Assembly (NCBI GenBank): GCA_002715725.1 | Contig: PAZU01000006.1 | Span: 1 to 50,806 of the forward strand | From: Methanobacteriota archaeon | Lineage (GTDB): Archaea > Thermoplasmatota > Poseidoniia > Poseidoniales > Poseidoniaceae | Reading direction: 5' to 3' | DNA length: 50,806 nucleotides | Shown: positions 19,359 through 28,420 of the stretch, piece after piece | Layout: each line of letters starts with the position of its first letter | Numbering within the stretch: position 1 is the first letter of the stretch | The notes under the pieces: model-generated | What the model saw: the letters and a program-made list of their open reading frames with translations, nothing else | Told to the model about the DNA's origin: nothing | The model's database searches: none | Made by a program: the position numbers and the translations under genes

Positions 19359-20144
19359 ATGGACTGGCTAGGAGACGACTTCCCTTTCTCAACTTCTGCT
19401 CTCTCTGGAAAGCACGCAATTGTATGTGGTGCTTCCAAAGGAATTGGGGCAGCAACTGCAAAAATGCTTGCTAAAGCAGGGGCAAAAGTTACTGCAGTCA
19501 GTAGGGATCCTCACAATTTAGTTGCTACTCTCGAGGGAGAGGGTCACACCGGAATTAGCCTTGATTTGGAGAATCAAGAAGCAATTGGCAAATTCATTTC
19601 TTCAATTGAAGAATGCCATATTCTAATCAATAATGCCGCAGGTCCTCCTGGCGGACCTTTGCTAGAAAATGACATCGAAGATTTCGACGCGCCGTTTAAG
19701 CGACACTTGCACGCTTCACACACTTTGGTCAAAGGCGTAGTGCCTATCATGGAGAAAGCAGGTATGGGCAGAATAGTGAACATCATCTCGACATCGGTTA
19801 GAGAGCCAATCCCAAACATTGGACTTTCAAACACATTGAGGGGCGCGATGGCATCTTGGGCTAAGTCCCTTTCACGCGAACTTCCCACCTGTATTACAAT
19901 CAACAATGTGCTTCCTGGATTTACTGATACCGACCGCTTAGGGTCACTGGCGTCCTCGATTAATTCCAAAACAGGAAAAAGCATTGAGGATATTCACGCC
20001 GGTTGGATGTCACAAGTTCCGATTGAAAGGCTGATTGACCCACTTGAAACCGGAGCTGCTGTCGCTTACCTTTGCATGCCTATTTCTGGCGGTATACGAG
20101 GCGTTTCACTAGCAGTAGATGGCGGCCGTATGCGCTCAATTTGA
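19359..20144 (+). CDS. Short-chain dehydrogenase/reductase (SDR)
   Basis: CGASKGIG, LINNAAGP, NIISTS, SNTLR in place of YxxxK, NNVLPGFTDT, VDGG. Confidence 0.88.
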   Translation: MDWLGDDFPFSTSALSGKHAIVCGASKGIGAATAKMLAKAGAKVTAVSRDPHNLVATLEGEGHTGISLDLENQEAIGKFISSIEECHILINNAAGPPGGPLLENDIEDFDAPFKRHLHASHTLVKGVVPIMEKAGMGRIVNIISTSVREPIPNIGLSNTLRGAMASWAKSLSRELPTCITINNVLPGFTDTDRLGSLASSINSKTGKSIEDIHAGWMSQVPIERLIDPLETGAAVAYLCMPISGGIRGVSLAVDGGRMRSI

Positions 20145-20153
20145 GGTGATGAT

Positions 20154-20954
20154 TTGGCGGAAATGAATCAAGCACAAGCAGAGGAACTCATGGATATGTT
20201 TGCCGACGGCAAATTGATTGAATCGATAAACACGAGTCTAGCATTGCATCTGGTAGATCTTGCTCGAGAGTTAGGTAGAGATGCGTTAGTAGGCAGACTG
20301 TTAGATCATGCTGCGAAAGTTTCTGACAATCCTGAGGACCAGGGTTGGTGTCAATTCGAATTGCTTAAACATGAAGGTGCGAGCAAAGATGAATTAATCG
20401 GATTAGGTGTTCAATCAGAGAAAGAAGAACTTCCAGGTCTTGCAGCGGGGATTTTCCATCATGTTTCACTGATGTCTTTGGGTAGTGAAGAAGCGGGCCT
20501 ATTCGCTAATCGCTCGATGAGGCTGCGTGAAGAAGCGGATGATTTGGAGGGTATGATTTACGGGCATGCACTTTTGGCACATATTGCCAAATCTGAAGGA
20601 GATTTTGAGAAAAGTCAACTTCATCTCCAAAAAAGATTGGAAATTATTCCTGAACCAGAGAAATTTGAGAGGATGGAAGCTTTAGCAGATTTAGCCCATT
20701 CACATTCTTCGTTGGGGGAATTAGAACAAGCGCAAGCATTCTTAATCGATTCATTAGAAATTGCAATTGAATTACAAGAGTTATCTGGAATTTTAGTTGC
20801 TAGATGGGGTCTTGCAGACCTTGCCGAAATTTCGAATCAACCAGATGAAGCGATGGTCCAATTATCTGATATCATGACAGCATTCATGGAAGCAGGTGCA
20901 TTAGTACCCGAGCTTGTTCGAGAACGTATTTCGAAATTAACCGCGCAACAGTGA
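20154..20954 (+). CDS. Helical TPR-like hypothetical protein
   Basis: Repeats such as ALADLAHSHSSLGELEQAQAFL; TTG start preceded by a GAGGTGA SD. Confidence 0.65.
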   Translation: MAEMNQAQAEELMDMFADGKLIESINTSLALHLVDLARELGRDALVGRLLDHAAKVSDNPEDQGWCQFELLKHEGASKDELIGLGVQSEKEELPGLAAGIFHHVSLMSLGSEEAGLFANRSMRLREEADDLEGMIYGHALLAHIAKSEGDFEKSQLHLQKRLEIIPEPEKFERMEALADLAHSHSSLGELEQAQAFLIDSLEIAIELQELSGILVARWGLADLAEISNQPDEAMVQLSDIMTAFMEAGALVPELVRERISKLTAQQ

Positions 20955-20970
20955 TGTTGATACATCGAGC

Positions 20971-20991
20971 CCCTCTCCCTTAGGGAGAGGG
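20971..20991. promoter_or_regulatory. Intergenic perfect inverted repeat CCCTCTCCC-TTA-GGGAGAGGG
   Basis: Read directly; the 3' arm covers the purine-rich stretch just before the GTG start at 20997. Confidence 0.5.
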
Positions 20992-20996
20992 ATTAG

Positions 20997-22208
20997 GTGG
21001 AGTTCGACATATTCTTCTCAATATCGCAGACTCCAGACCACAATGGATTCACTCCTAGTGAATCCGAAATGTTCGCTAATTATTATGCTCAATTAGAAGC
21101 AGCAGACCGTTTAGGATTCGGTGTTGCTTGGATTGCACAAGCACATTTGTCCACCCAAACTCAACAAGAGAACTCGAGTCCAGTAGTTCCTCATTGGAAG
21201 GGCGAAGTTGGTCTTTGCACTGATTTCTGCCAGTTGGCACTAGAATCATTTAGACGTACTAGCAGAATCGATGTAGGTTCTGCTGTTGTAAGTATTCTTG
21301 CCAGTGGCGGCCCTATTGCCCAAGCCGAAAGAATTGCTAACACAGTACAATTCCTTTCACACATGGATGTCAATCGTAAGTTGCACGTGGGATTCAGTGC
21401 AGGTAGGTTTGAATTCATGGCACGCCCATACGGTGTCGTTCCCAGGAATGTTGTAGAAGAGGCGGCTTGGCCGGCATTACGTGCTCAAATTTTCATGGAA
21501 GCAAGTGAGATTTTTCTTAGATTATTGAGAGGCGATACTATCAGGTCTGATGATATTAGAGAGACAGTAATGAATAGAGATAATTTCCGTTCTGATGAAG
21601 ATTGGAATAAAGTTCAAAATGCTGCGGGTGGCTTACCCGATGAAATCGAAATTGACAGACGGTACCAGTTCGAGGAAATCTCAATCGTTCCAAAAACATG
21701 GCCCAGAAATCAATTGGAATTAGTCGCTGGGACACATGATCCTAGAGCCCAAGAATTCGTCAACAAATTCATGCCAGTAAAGGTTTTCAATCTATCCATA
21801 ACTTCGCCCGAAGTGATTGATTCCACCCATGAGAGGATGAGTAAATTTTTCCACAAAGATGGCGGGGAGTGGCAAAGAAGAGATATGCCTCGTACAACAT
21901 TTGTTTTCCTCAATGCGGAGGAAGGGCTATCTCCTGAGGAACAATCGATTGCAGCACATGAAGAAGCTCGACTTGCTTTGGGTGAATATTGGAAGGCACT
22001 AGAAGGAACTCTTGACCCTTCGAAAGTGGAGAAAGCGGCAGATAACGCACTTATCGGTAATCCTGAGCAAGTCGCCAAGCAAGTTTTGGAAAGATTCCAT
22101 CCTGATGACCGTTTGATGTGCTGGTTCGATTTCTTCAATCACGATAGCGAACGAGTGGTTCGAAATATGGAAGCTTGGTGGAGCGAAGTCGTACCACTGC
22201 TGGGGTGA
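20997..22208 (+). CDS. Luciferase-like (LLM class) flavin-dependent oxidoreductase/monooxygenase
   Basis: MEFDIF N-terminus, AADRLGFGVAWIAQAH, TSRIDVGSAV, LIGNPEQV and W-SEVVP C-terminus, typical of the LuxA-like TIM barrel. Confidence 0.82.
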   Translation: MEFDIFFSISQTPDHNGFTPSESEMFANYYAQLEAADRLGFGVAWIAQAHLSTQTQQENSSPVVPHWKGEVGLCTDFCQLALESFRRTSRIDVGSAVVSILASGGPIAQAERIANTVQFLSHMDVNRKLHVGFSAGRFEFMARPYGVVPRNVVEEAAWPALRAQIFMEASEIFLRLLRGDTIRSDDIRETVMNRDNFRSDEDWNKVQNAAGGLPDEIEIDRRYQFEEISIVPKTWPRNQLELVAGTHDPRAQEFVNKFMPVKVFNLSITSPEVIDSTHERMSKFFHKDGGEWQRRDMPRTTFVFLNAEEGLSPEEQSIAAHEEARLALGEYWKALEGTLDPSKVEKAADNALIGNPEQVAKQVLERFHPDDRLMCWFDFFNHDSERVVRNMEAWWSEVVPLLG

Positions 22209-22212
22209 AATT

Positions 22213-23328
22213 TTGGATTTAAGGCACGACAAAAATTCTGCAGTTGCCCCTGGTAAACCAGGTTCTGCAATTTATCCAGATTCTCCACTTGGAGAGGATA
22301 TCGAAGGTATACCAACTGGCAGAGATGTAGAGTGGGAGCCATTGGTAGATTATCGTAGGAATGGAGTTTCTGAAACCACCATTCATGGCGCAGTAGCATG
22401 GTGCCATGGCGATGAGGTAATACATTCATTCGGTGGAAATGTTCTATGTTATGGAAGGTCAATGATGAAGCCATTCATGTTGAAGGCGTTCACAAAAGAG
22501 TTGGAAAACCATTCATGGGAGCAAAAAGCAATTTCTGTCGCTAGTCATAACGGGGATACTGAACACGTTGCTGCTGCTCAATCTATGCTCTCTGAGGCTG
22601 AATGGCCACTGATGCTTACCCCTGTGGATGTGCCACTCATTCAATTCGGTAGGCAGGTTAGAAGACCTAGGCGCTGGTATCATACCTGCAGCGGCGAGCA
22701 TGCTGCAATACTTGCAGGATGTAGGGCCAAAGGTTGGAATCGAGCGGGGTATACTCTTCCTACACACAAAGTATTCCACGCATACATGGAACAACTTAGA
22801 AGATTTCTTGGCAAGGATTGGAATCCACAAAGGATAGCTAAGGATGGGTGCGGTCTGCCAACAGTTTCGAACACTGTTGCAGAATTAGCCAAAATTTACG
22901 CAGGATTAGTTCAGGACAAAGATTCAGATTGGATTTGGGAAGCCATGTGCAAGAATCCTGATTTAGTTGGTGGATTCAATAGATTAGACTCGACAATTTT
23001 GAAAATCGGTAATGGTAAAGTTATCGCAAAAGAGGGTGCGGATGGCCTACTTGGAATGGCTATCGAGCACCCTGATTATCCGAATGGATTAGGAATTGTT
23101 GTTAAAATTGCACACGGCTGGAATTCACAGGCTACTTGGTATATCGCTAGAGCAATTTTAGGATGCTTAGGAATTGAATTACGAAACCCATATCCGCTGA
23201 ATAAACAAAAAGCGTTTATTGTCCCAGGAATAGTTCCAGATTCTCTACGCGGTGTACTAGAAACCATTCCGACGTGGGATGAGTGGGATCCGGACCAAGA
23301 CCGCTGGCATTACGAGGTGGATGCATGA
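22213..23328 (+). CDS. Asparaginase II (Rhizobium-type, class 3) fold hydrolase
   Basis: RSMMKP, ASHNG, TCSGEH, DGCGLP and AKEGADG motifs; TTG start after a GGGGTGA SD. Confidence 0.85.
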   Translation: MDLRHDKNSAVAPGKPGSAIYPDSPLGEDIEGIPTGRDVEWEPLVDYRRNGVSETTIHGAVAWCHGDEVIHSFGGNVLCYGRSMMKPFMLKAFTKELENHSWEQKAISVASHNGDTEHVAAAQSMLSEAEWPLMLTPVDVPLIQFGRQVRRPRRWYHTCSGEHAAILAGCRAKGWNRAGYTLPTHKVFHAYMEQLRRFLGKDWNPQRIAKDGCGLPTVSNTVAELAKIYAGLVQDKDSDWIWEAMCKNPDLVGGFNRLDSTILKIGNGKVIAKEGADGLLGMAIEHPDYPNGLGIVVKIAHGWNSQATWYIARAILGCLGIELRNPYPLNKQKAFIVPGIVPDSLRGVLETIPTWDEWDPDQDRWHYEVDA

Positions 23329-24704
23329 TCCAAGTCGAGAATTACATCGGTGGTGAATTCGTTACTTTGGGTGAAGATTTTGACGACATCTCACCGCTAG
23401 ATTTCTCGGTTATTGCCAAAGTTCCTCGAACTAGAAATGTCGATGATGCGGTTGATGCCGCTAAGAAGGCTCAACCTATGTGGGGTGCACTTAGTATCGA
23501 ACAGAGATGTGATTGGTTGGACAAAATTGCAAATGAACTCGAGAATCAAATCGAAGAAATTGCTCGTTTGGAATCAATGGATACTGGAAAACCACACCAT
23601 GTTGCATTGAATGTAGATGCATCTAGGTCTGTAAATAATTTCAGATTTTTTGCAGAGTTTGGACGCAACATGGAATCACAGACTTTCGAAATGTCAGATG
23701 CAACAAATTATGTCGTAAGAAAACCGATTGGTATTGTTGGATTAATTTCACCTTGGAATCTCCCATTGTACCTGCTATCTTGGAAGATAGCACCTGCCTT
23801 GTTAATGGGCAATTCAATAGTTGCTAAGCCAAGCGAAATCACGCCATTAACAGCACATTTCCTAGCAAATATTTGTTCCCAAGTTGGCCTACCTGCTGGT
23901 GTTTTGAACATTGTTCACGGTTATGGGCCAGAAGTAGGGCAAGCCATTGTTGAACATCCTGAAATCAAAGCAATATCCTTCACTGGCGGTACTTCAACCG
24001 GCAAGATAGTGGCTGCAACCGCCGCACCTATGTTCAAGAAATTAAGTCTTGAACTTGGTGGTAAGAATGCATCAATTGTATTGGAAGATGCTGATTTAGA
24101 CGTCGCGGTACCAGGTGTATTGCGAGCATCATTTCTCAACTCAGGGCAAATTTGCTTGTGCGGTTCACGTGTTTTGGTACATTCATCAATCTATGATGAA
24201 TTCATGGAAAGGTATCTCCAAGAATTGAAGAGTTTCGAAATAGGTCCAGTAATTAGTGACGAACACCGTTCAAAGGTTGTATCGTACATCGATTTGGCCA
24301 AGCAAGAAGGAGGTAATATCCTGGCCGGTGGAAATATTCCCGATAAGGTGGGTGCTTGGCTTGAGCCAACAGTGATCTCTGGACTTTCTCACACCTCTAG
24401 AACAGCCACAGAAGAAATCTTTGGACCAGTAGTTACTGTTCACCCATTCGATTCAGATGAAGAAGCGATTGAAATGGCAAACAGTACCCAATATGGGTTG
24501 GCAGGAAGTGTTTGGTCGAAGCGAAAAGGACGAAAAGTTGCAGAAAAGATTGATTCAGGTATGGTTTGGGTTAACACATGGCTGCATAGAGATTTACGCG
24601 TCCCATTCGGAGGAGTCAAAGACAGCGGCGTAGGGCGTGAAGGAGGAATGTGGTCTCTCGGTTTCTTCTCAGAAGCAGTCAATATTTGCGTCATGGAAGA
24701 TTGA
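23325..24704 (+). CDS. Aldehyde dehydrogenase of the 2-aminomuconate/2-hydroxymuconate semialdehyde (ALDH8A1/AmnC-like) type
   Basis: ISPWNLPLYLLSWKIAPAL, SFTGGT, LELGGKN, catalytic Cys in GQICLCGSR, WVNTWLHRDLRVPFGGVK. ATGA overlap with the upstream stop and a GAGGTG SD. Confidence 0.88.
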   Translation: MIQVENYIGGEFVTLGEDFDDISPLDFSVIAKVPRTRNVDDAVDAAKKAQPMWGALSIEQRCDWLDKIANELENQIEEIARLESMDTGKPHHVALNVDASRSVNNFRFFAEFGRNMESQTFEMSDATNYVVRKPIGIVGLISPWNLPLYLLSWKIAPALLMGNSIVAKPSEITPLTAHFLANICSQVGLPAGVLNIVHGYGPEVGQAIVEHPEIKAISFTGGTSTGKIVAATAAPMFKKLSLELGGKNASIVLEDADLDVAVPGVLRASFLNSGQICLCGSRVLVHSSIYDEFMERYLQELKSFEIGPVISDEHRSKVVSYIDLAKQEGGNILAGGNIPDKVGAWLEPTVISGLSHTSRTATEEIFGPVVTVHPFDSDEEAIEMANSTQYGLAGSVWSKRKGRKVAEKIDSGMVWVNTWLHRDLRVPFGGVKDSGVGREGGMWSLGFFSEAVNICVMED

Positions 24705-24741
24705 AGGCTGAGATACCTGTCGGAGTGTTGGAGGCAAACTC

Positions 24742-25557
24742 ATGTCAGTCCATGCAAACGCTCGCAAAGTGACAACCCACACTCTTCAAGAAATGAAGAG
24801 AGCCGGTGAAAAAATCACAATGCTAACCGCCTATGACTTCAGTTTAGCTAAGTTGGTTGATAGAGGCGGCGTAGACGTAATTTTGGTAGGAGATTCCGCA
24901 TCAAACGTCATGGCTGGTAGAGATACAACTGTGCCAATGAGTCTCGAGCACATGATCTACCATGCTCAATGTGTTGAGCGTGCAGTCGATAGAGCATTGA
25001 TTGTAGTCGATATGCCATTCGGTTCTTACCAAGGAAATTCCGCAATTGCATTAGAGAGCGCTATTCGAATCATGAAAGAATCGGGTGGGCATGCAGTCAA
25101 GTTAGAAGGTGGTGCTGAAATTGTTGAAAGTATTCAGAGAATTTTGACAGCCGGTATCCCAGTTATGGGGCACTTGGGACTAACTCCTCAATCGATTTAC
25201 AAATTTGGAACTTATACTGTTCGTGCTAAAGAGGAAGAAGAGGCATCCAAATTGATTGCGGATGCTAAGTTACTGGAAGAAGCAGGTTGTTTCGCAGTAG
25301 TTCTAGAGAAAATACCTGCTCATTTGGCTAAACAGGTAAGTGAAGCCTTGTCGATACCAACTATTGGAATCGGTGCTGGACAGAATTGTGACGGTCAGGT
25401 TTTGGTACTGCACGATATGCTAGGAATCACTACAGATTTCAGCCCGAGATTCCTGCGCAGATATCTTGACTTGGAGAGTAAAATTACTGGAGCTGTAGAA
25501 CAGTATTGTGAAGATGTTAGAACTGGAGACTTCCCTAACGAAGAAGAATCTTACTGA
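24742..25557 (+). CDS. panB: 3-methyl-2-oxobutanoate hydroxymethyltransferase
   Basis: [43 protein letters not shown]...DGQVLV. Confidence 0.96.
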   Translation: MSVHANARKVTTHTLQEMKRAGEKITMLTAYDFSLAKLVDRGGVDVILVGDSASNVMAGRDTTVPMSLEHMIYHAQCVERAVDRALIVVDMPFGSYQGNSAIALESAIRIMKESGGHAVKLEGGAEIVESIQRILTAGIPVMGHLGLTPQSIYKFGTYTVRAKEEEEASKLIADAKLLEEAGCFAVVLEKIPAHLAKQVSEALSIPTIGIGAGQNCDGQVLVLHDMLGITTDFSPRFLRRYLDLESKITGAVEQYCEDVRTGDFPNEEESY

Positions 25558-25961
25558 GTAAGCGTGGCAATTAACATTGCACCAGGTAGAATACAGGATG
25601 CAATTCCGAAGCCGTGCCATATCCCGTAACGGAATGGAGGATGGTTTTGTTTTGACCAAGAAGCGCATTGCCAAATCCAAATTAGAAATGGAATTGCAAT
25701 GTTGAAATAATTAGGACCTAATACCCAAAATACAGCCATTGGGATGCAAACTACTGCAACTCCAAAAGCATGCTCTCTTATGTCTCCAGAATCAGTAAGT
25801 ATGGCGAGTAATGGAGCGAAAACCACCGATGCAACTAATGCGATCATCATCGGAGGGAATTTATTTTCATTCAGAGTAAGTACACTAACAGCAACTAGGG
25901 AAATAGCGAATATCGAAGGCCACACCACGTGGCGCAACTTCAAGTCAGGTCTCTCTCCCAT
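25551..25961 (-). CDS. Hypothetical multi-pass membrane protein
   Basis: Four to five hydrophobic segments. ATG 25961 preferred because 26018 overlaps the divergent gene's start. Confidence 0.6.
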   Translation of the reverse strand: MGERPDLKLRHVVWPSIFAISLVAVSVLTLNENKFPPMMIALVASVVFAPLLAILTDSGDIREHAFGVAVVCIPMAVFWVLGPNYFNIAIPFLIWIWQCASWSKQNHPPFRYGIWHGFGIASCILPGAMLIATLTQ

Positions 25962-26016
25962 ATTTTGGGCCAAGAGTAGCCGATGAATAGAAGATGCGGA
26001 ACCTTTTGGTCGTGTC

Positions 26017-26910
26017 ATGGCGAAGGGGAGTATTGTTGCTGGCTGCCTTGCACCGCATCCACCACATTTGGTTTATGCAGATAACCCTGAGCAAAATGAA
26101 CCGGTCTCAGAAGGGGGCTGGGAGCAACTTAGATGGGGTTATGAGAGGTTGCGAGAATCTCTGGAAGATGTTGATTATGACGTTATTGTAATTCTTTCTC
26201 CTCACTGGCAAACATATGTTGGTACACACTTCATCGGTGTAGAGAAGTGTTCTTCCAAGAGTGTAGACCCGGTTTTTCCAAATCTATTCCGTTTTAATTA
26301 TGATTTGGCAATAGATGTTGAATTAGCAGAGGCAATCCATGACCAAGCTAAATCTGGAGGAATGTCAGTCAAGATGATGACTAATCCCGATTTCAGAGTT
26401 GACTATGGAACGATTGTTTCTTGTCATATGGTCAGGCCTGAATGGGATAAACCGATAGTATCCATTTCTTCTAATCGTAGTCTGTCCTACTATTCAGTAG
26501 AGGTAATGCAGGAAATGATGATTGAACTCGGAAAATCCACTGCCAGAGCGATAGAAGAGAGTGGTAAGAAGTGTCTCTTGATTGCAAGTAATTCACTCTC
26601 ACATCGTCATTTCGTAACAGAAACTAATCCTCCCGAAGATATGAGCAAAGAACACATTACAAGTCATGCAATGCATTTGTGGGATATGCGAATGATTGAG
26701 ATGATGCGCCAAGGAAAATCTCAGCAAATTATCAATGAGATGCCTGAATTCTGTGAACAAGCAATTGCAGAAACAGATGGAGGTGCACTCACTTGGCTGT
26801 TATCGGCGATGGGTGTTCCTAGTGAGCCTGCAATCTTGCATGGCTATGGAACAATTATTGGAACTGGTAATGCAATTATGGAATGGCCATGTCGAAACTG
26901 GGGTGCTTGA
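26017..26910 (+). CDS. amnB: Extradiol ring-cleavage dioxygenase, 2-aminophenol 1,6-dioxygenase beta (catalytic) subunit-like, LigB family
   Basis: LAPHPPHLVYADNPEQNEP...GGWEQLRW, SPHW, VDPVFP, FRVDYGT, SLSHRHF, AETDGG, YGTIIGTGNA; putative Fe(II) His/His/Glu ligands present. Confidence 0.85.
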   Translation: MAKGSIVAGCLAPHPPHLVYADNPEQNEPVSEGGWEQLRWGYERLRESLEDVDYDVIVILSPHWQTYVGTHFIGVEKCSSKSVDPVFPNLFRFNYDLAIDVELAEAIHDQAKSGGMSVKMMTNPDFRVDYGTIVSCHMVRPEWDKPIVSISSNRSLSYYSVEVMQEMMIELGKSTARAIEESGKKCLLIASNSLSHRHFVTETNPPEDMSKEHITSHAMHLWDMRMIEMMRQGKSQQIINEMPEFCEQAIAETDGGALTWLLSAMGVPSEPAILHGYGTIIGTGNAIMEWPCRNWGA

Positions 26911-28293
26911 ATGACAGGCGAGGTAATCAAATCGCTAATTGTGCCTGCGCATCCCCATCCAGTTTTATGTCCAGAAAAAAACGAAGGTTGGCAAAGAGTT
27001 CGGGATGCTTATGATGGTGCCCGAAAACAAATCGAAGAGAGCGATGCAGACCTGATTATTGTCTATTCAACTCTGTGGCCTAGTGTGATAGGGCACCAAA
27101 TTCAAGCAGATCCCAACCCAGAATGGGTGATGGTAGATGCGGACTTCCACGATTTGGGGAGTATTCACTATTCATTGAAAATTGATACAGAATTTGCGGA
27201 AGCATGGAATCAGGCCAATATCAAACGTGGTTTAGAGTCTAGAACAGTTGCTTATCATGGCTTTCCAGTTGATGTCGGTTCAGTTGTTGCTTTAGAACTA
27301 CTAAATCCTAATAATAGAATTCCAGCAGTAATCTGCTCTACGAATGTCTACTCTAACAGAGCCGAGACTACAGTACTCGCCAAAGCATGTATGGATGTAG
27401 TAAAGGCTCAAGGCAAAAAGGTGGTTGCAGTTTCCGTAATGTCACTATCAAACAGAATGTTCACAGAACCGATTGAGCCCCACGAAGACAGGATTCACTC
27501 GCTGAAAGATGACGAGTGGAATCGCAAAATTTTGGAATTCCTATCTGAAGGCCGCTTGGAAGATGTCGGACAACTTAGCCGAACAATCCATGACCAAATC
27601 CGAGTTAAGAAAGTTGTAGCATTCAAACCAATGTGGTGGCTTTCTGCCATGAATGATAATCGTAATGATTTGACAGGACAGGTACTGGCCTATGAACCAA
27701 TTCATGGAGCAGGAGCAGCAGTTGTTGTATTAGATCCGGAGTCTAATGGAACCGGCGATAAGGAATACGATGAGGATGATGTCGAATTCTATGGCGGTGA
27801 CAGAAATGTGTTAGAATCAGACCTAGAAGAGAATGGAACTGTTAACTCGGGTCCAGCATTGTATGACCCCGTTGAAGGTGCTAATGCGGTTAACACCAGT
27901 AAAGCGCCTAAACCAGTTGGGGCCTACCCCCATGCAAGAAGAGAAGGCGACCTGATTTATCTGTCAGGAGTTGGTCCAAGGCAGCCAGGAGATAATTCGA
28001 TACCGGGTGGGCCTATCAAAGACTCAAATGGCAATCCTTTGAATTATGACATTAAAGCTCAAACAAGAGCAGTGGTAGATAATATTGCTAGAATATTAGA
28101 AGAGGCCGGTTCTTCACTAGAGAAAGTTATTGACGTAACCTCCTTTTTAGTAGATATGGATCGTGATTTTTCAGGATACAATGAAGTTTGGGCTGAAACA
28201 CTCGGTAAAGTAGGGCCTACTCGTACAACACTTGCAATTAGAGCATTACCAACACCTATTGCTGTAGAGATGAAAGTAATCGCCAAAGTTTGA
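26911..28293 (+). CDS. amnA: Fusion of an aminophenol dioxygenase alpha (non-catalytic) subunit-like domain and a RidA/2-aminomuconate deaminase domain
   Basis: N-terminal LigB-fold domain lacking catalytic His residues (STLW, SLSNRMF); acidic linker; C-terminal KAPKPVGAYPHARR...DFSGYNEVWAE...GPTRTT...LPTPIAVEMK. Confidence 0.82.
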   Translation: MTGEVIKSLIVPAHPHPVLCPEKNEGWQRVRDAYDGARKQIEESDADLIIVYSTLWPSVIGHQIQADPNPEWVMVDADFHDLGSIHYSLKIDTEFAEAWNQANIKRGLESRTVAYHGFPVDVGSVVALELLNPNNRIPAVICSTNVYSNRAETTVLAKACMDVVKAQGKKVVAVSVMSLSNRMFTEPIEPHEDRIHSLKDDEWNRKILEFLSEGRLEDVGQLSRTIHDQIRVKKVVAFKPMWWLSAMNDNRNDLTGQVLAYEPIHGAGAAVVVLDPESNGTGDKEYDEDDVEFYGGDRNVLESDLEENGTVNSGPALYDPVEGANAVNTSKAPKPVGAYPHARREGDLIYLSGVGPRQPGDNSIPGGPIKDSNGNPLNYDIKAQTRAVVDNIARILEEAGSSLEKVIDVTSFLVDMDRDFSGYNEVWAETLGKVGPTRTTLAIRALPTPIAVEMKVIAKV

Positions 28294-28420
28294 TTTCCGC
28301 TATCCGGGGTTTTTCGGCGTCAATGTGTAGTAAACAATAACTACCAATTGCGCTTGATTAGCAATAACGGTGTAGTACCGGTCGTAAAAAGGAAATTTGT
28401 TCGCCACAGGAGAGTTTTCA

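Noticed and set aside
20997..22208. Bioluminescence (lux) system
   Set aside because: Single LLM gene without luxB or luxCDE; the context is aromatic catabolism.
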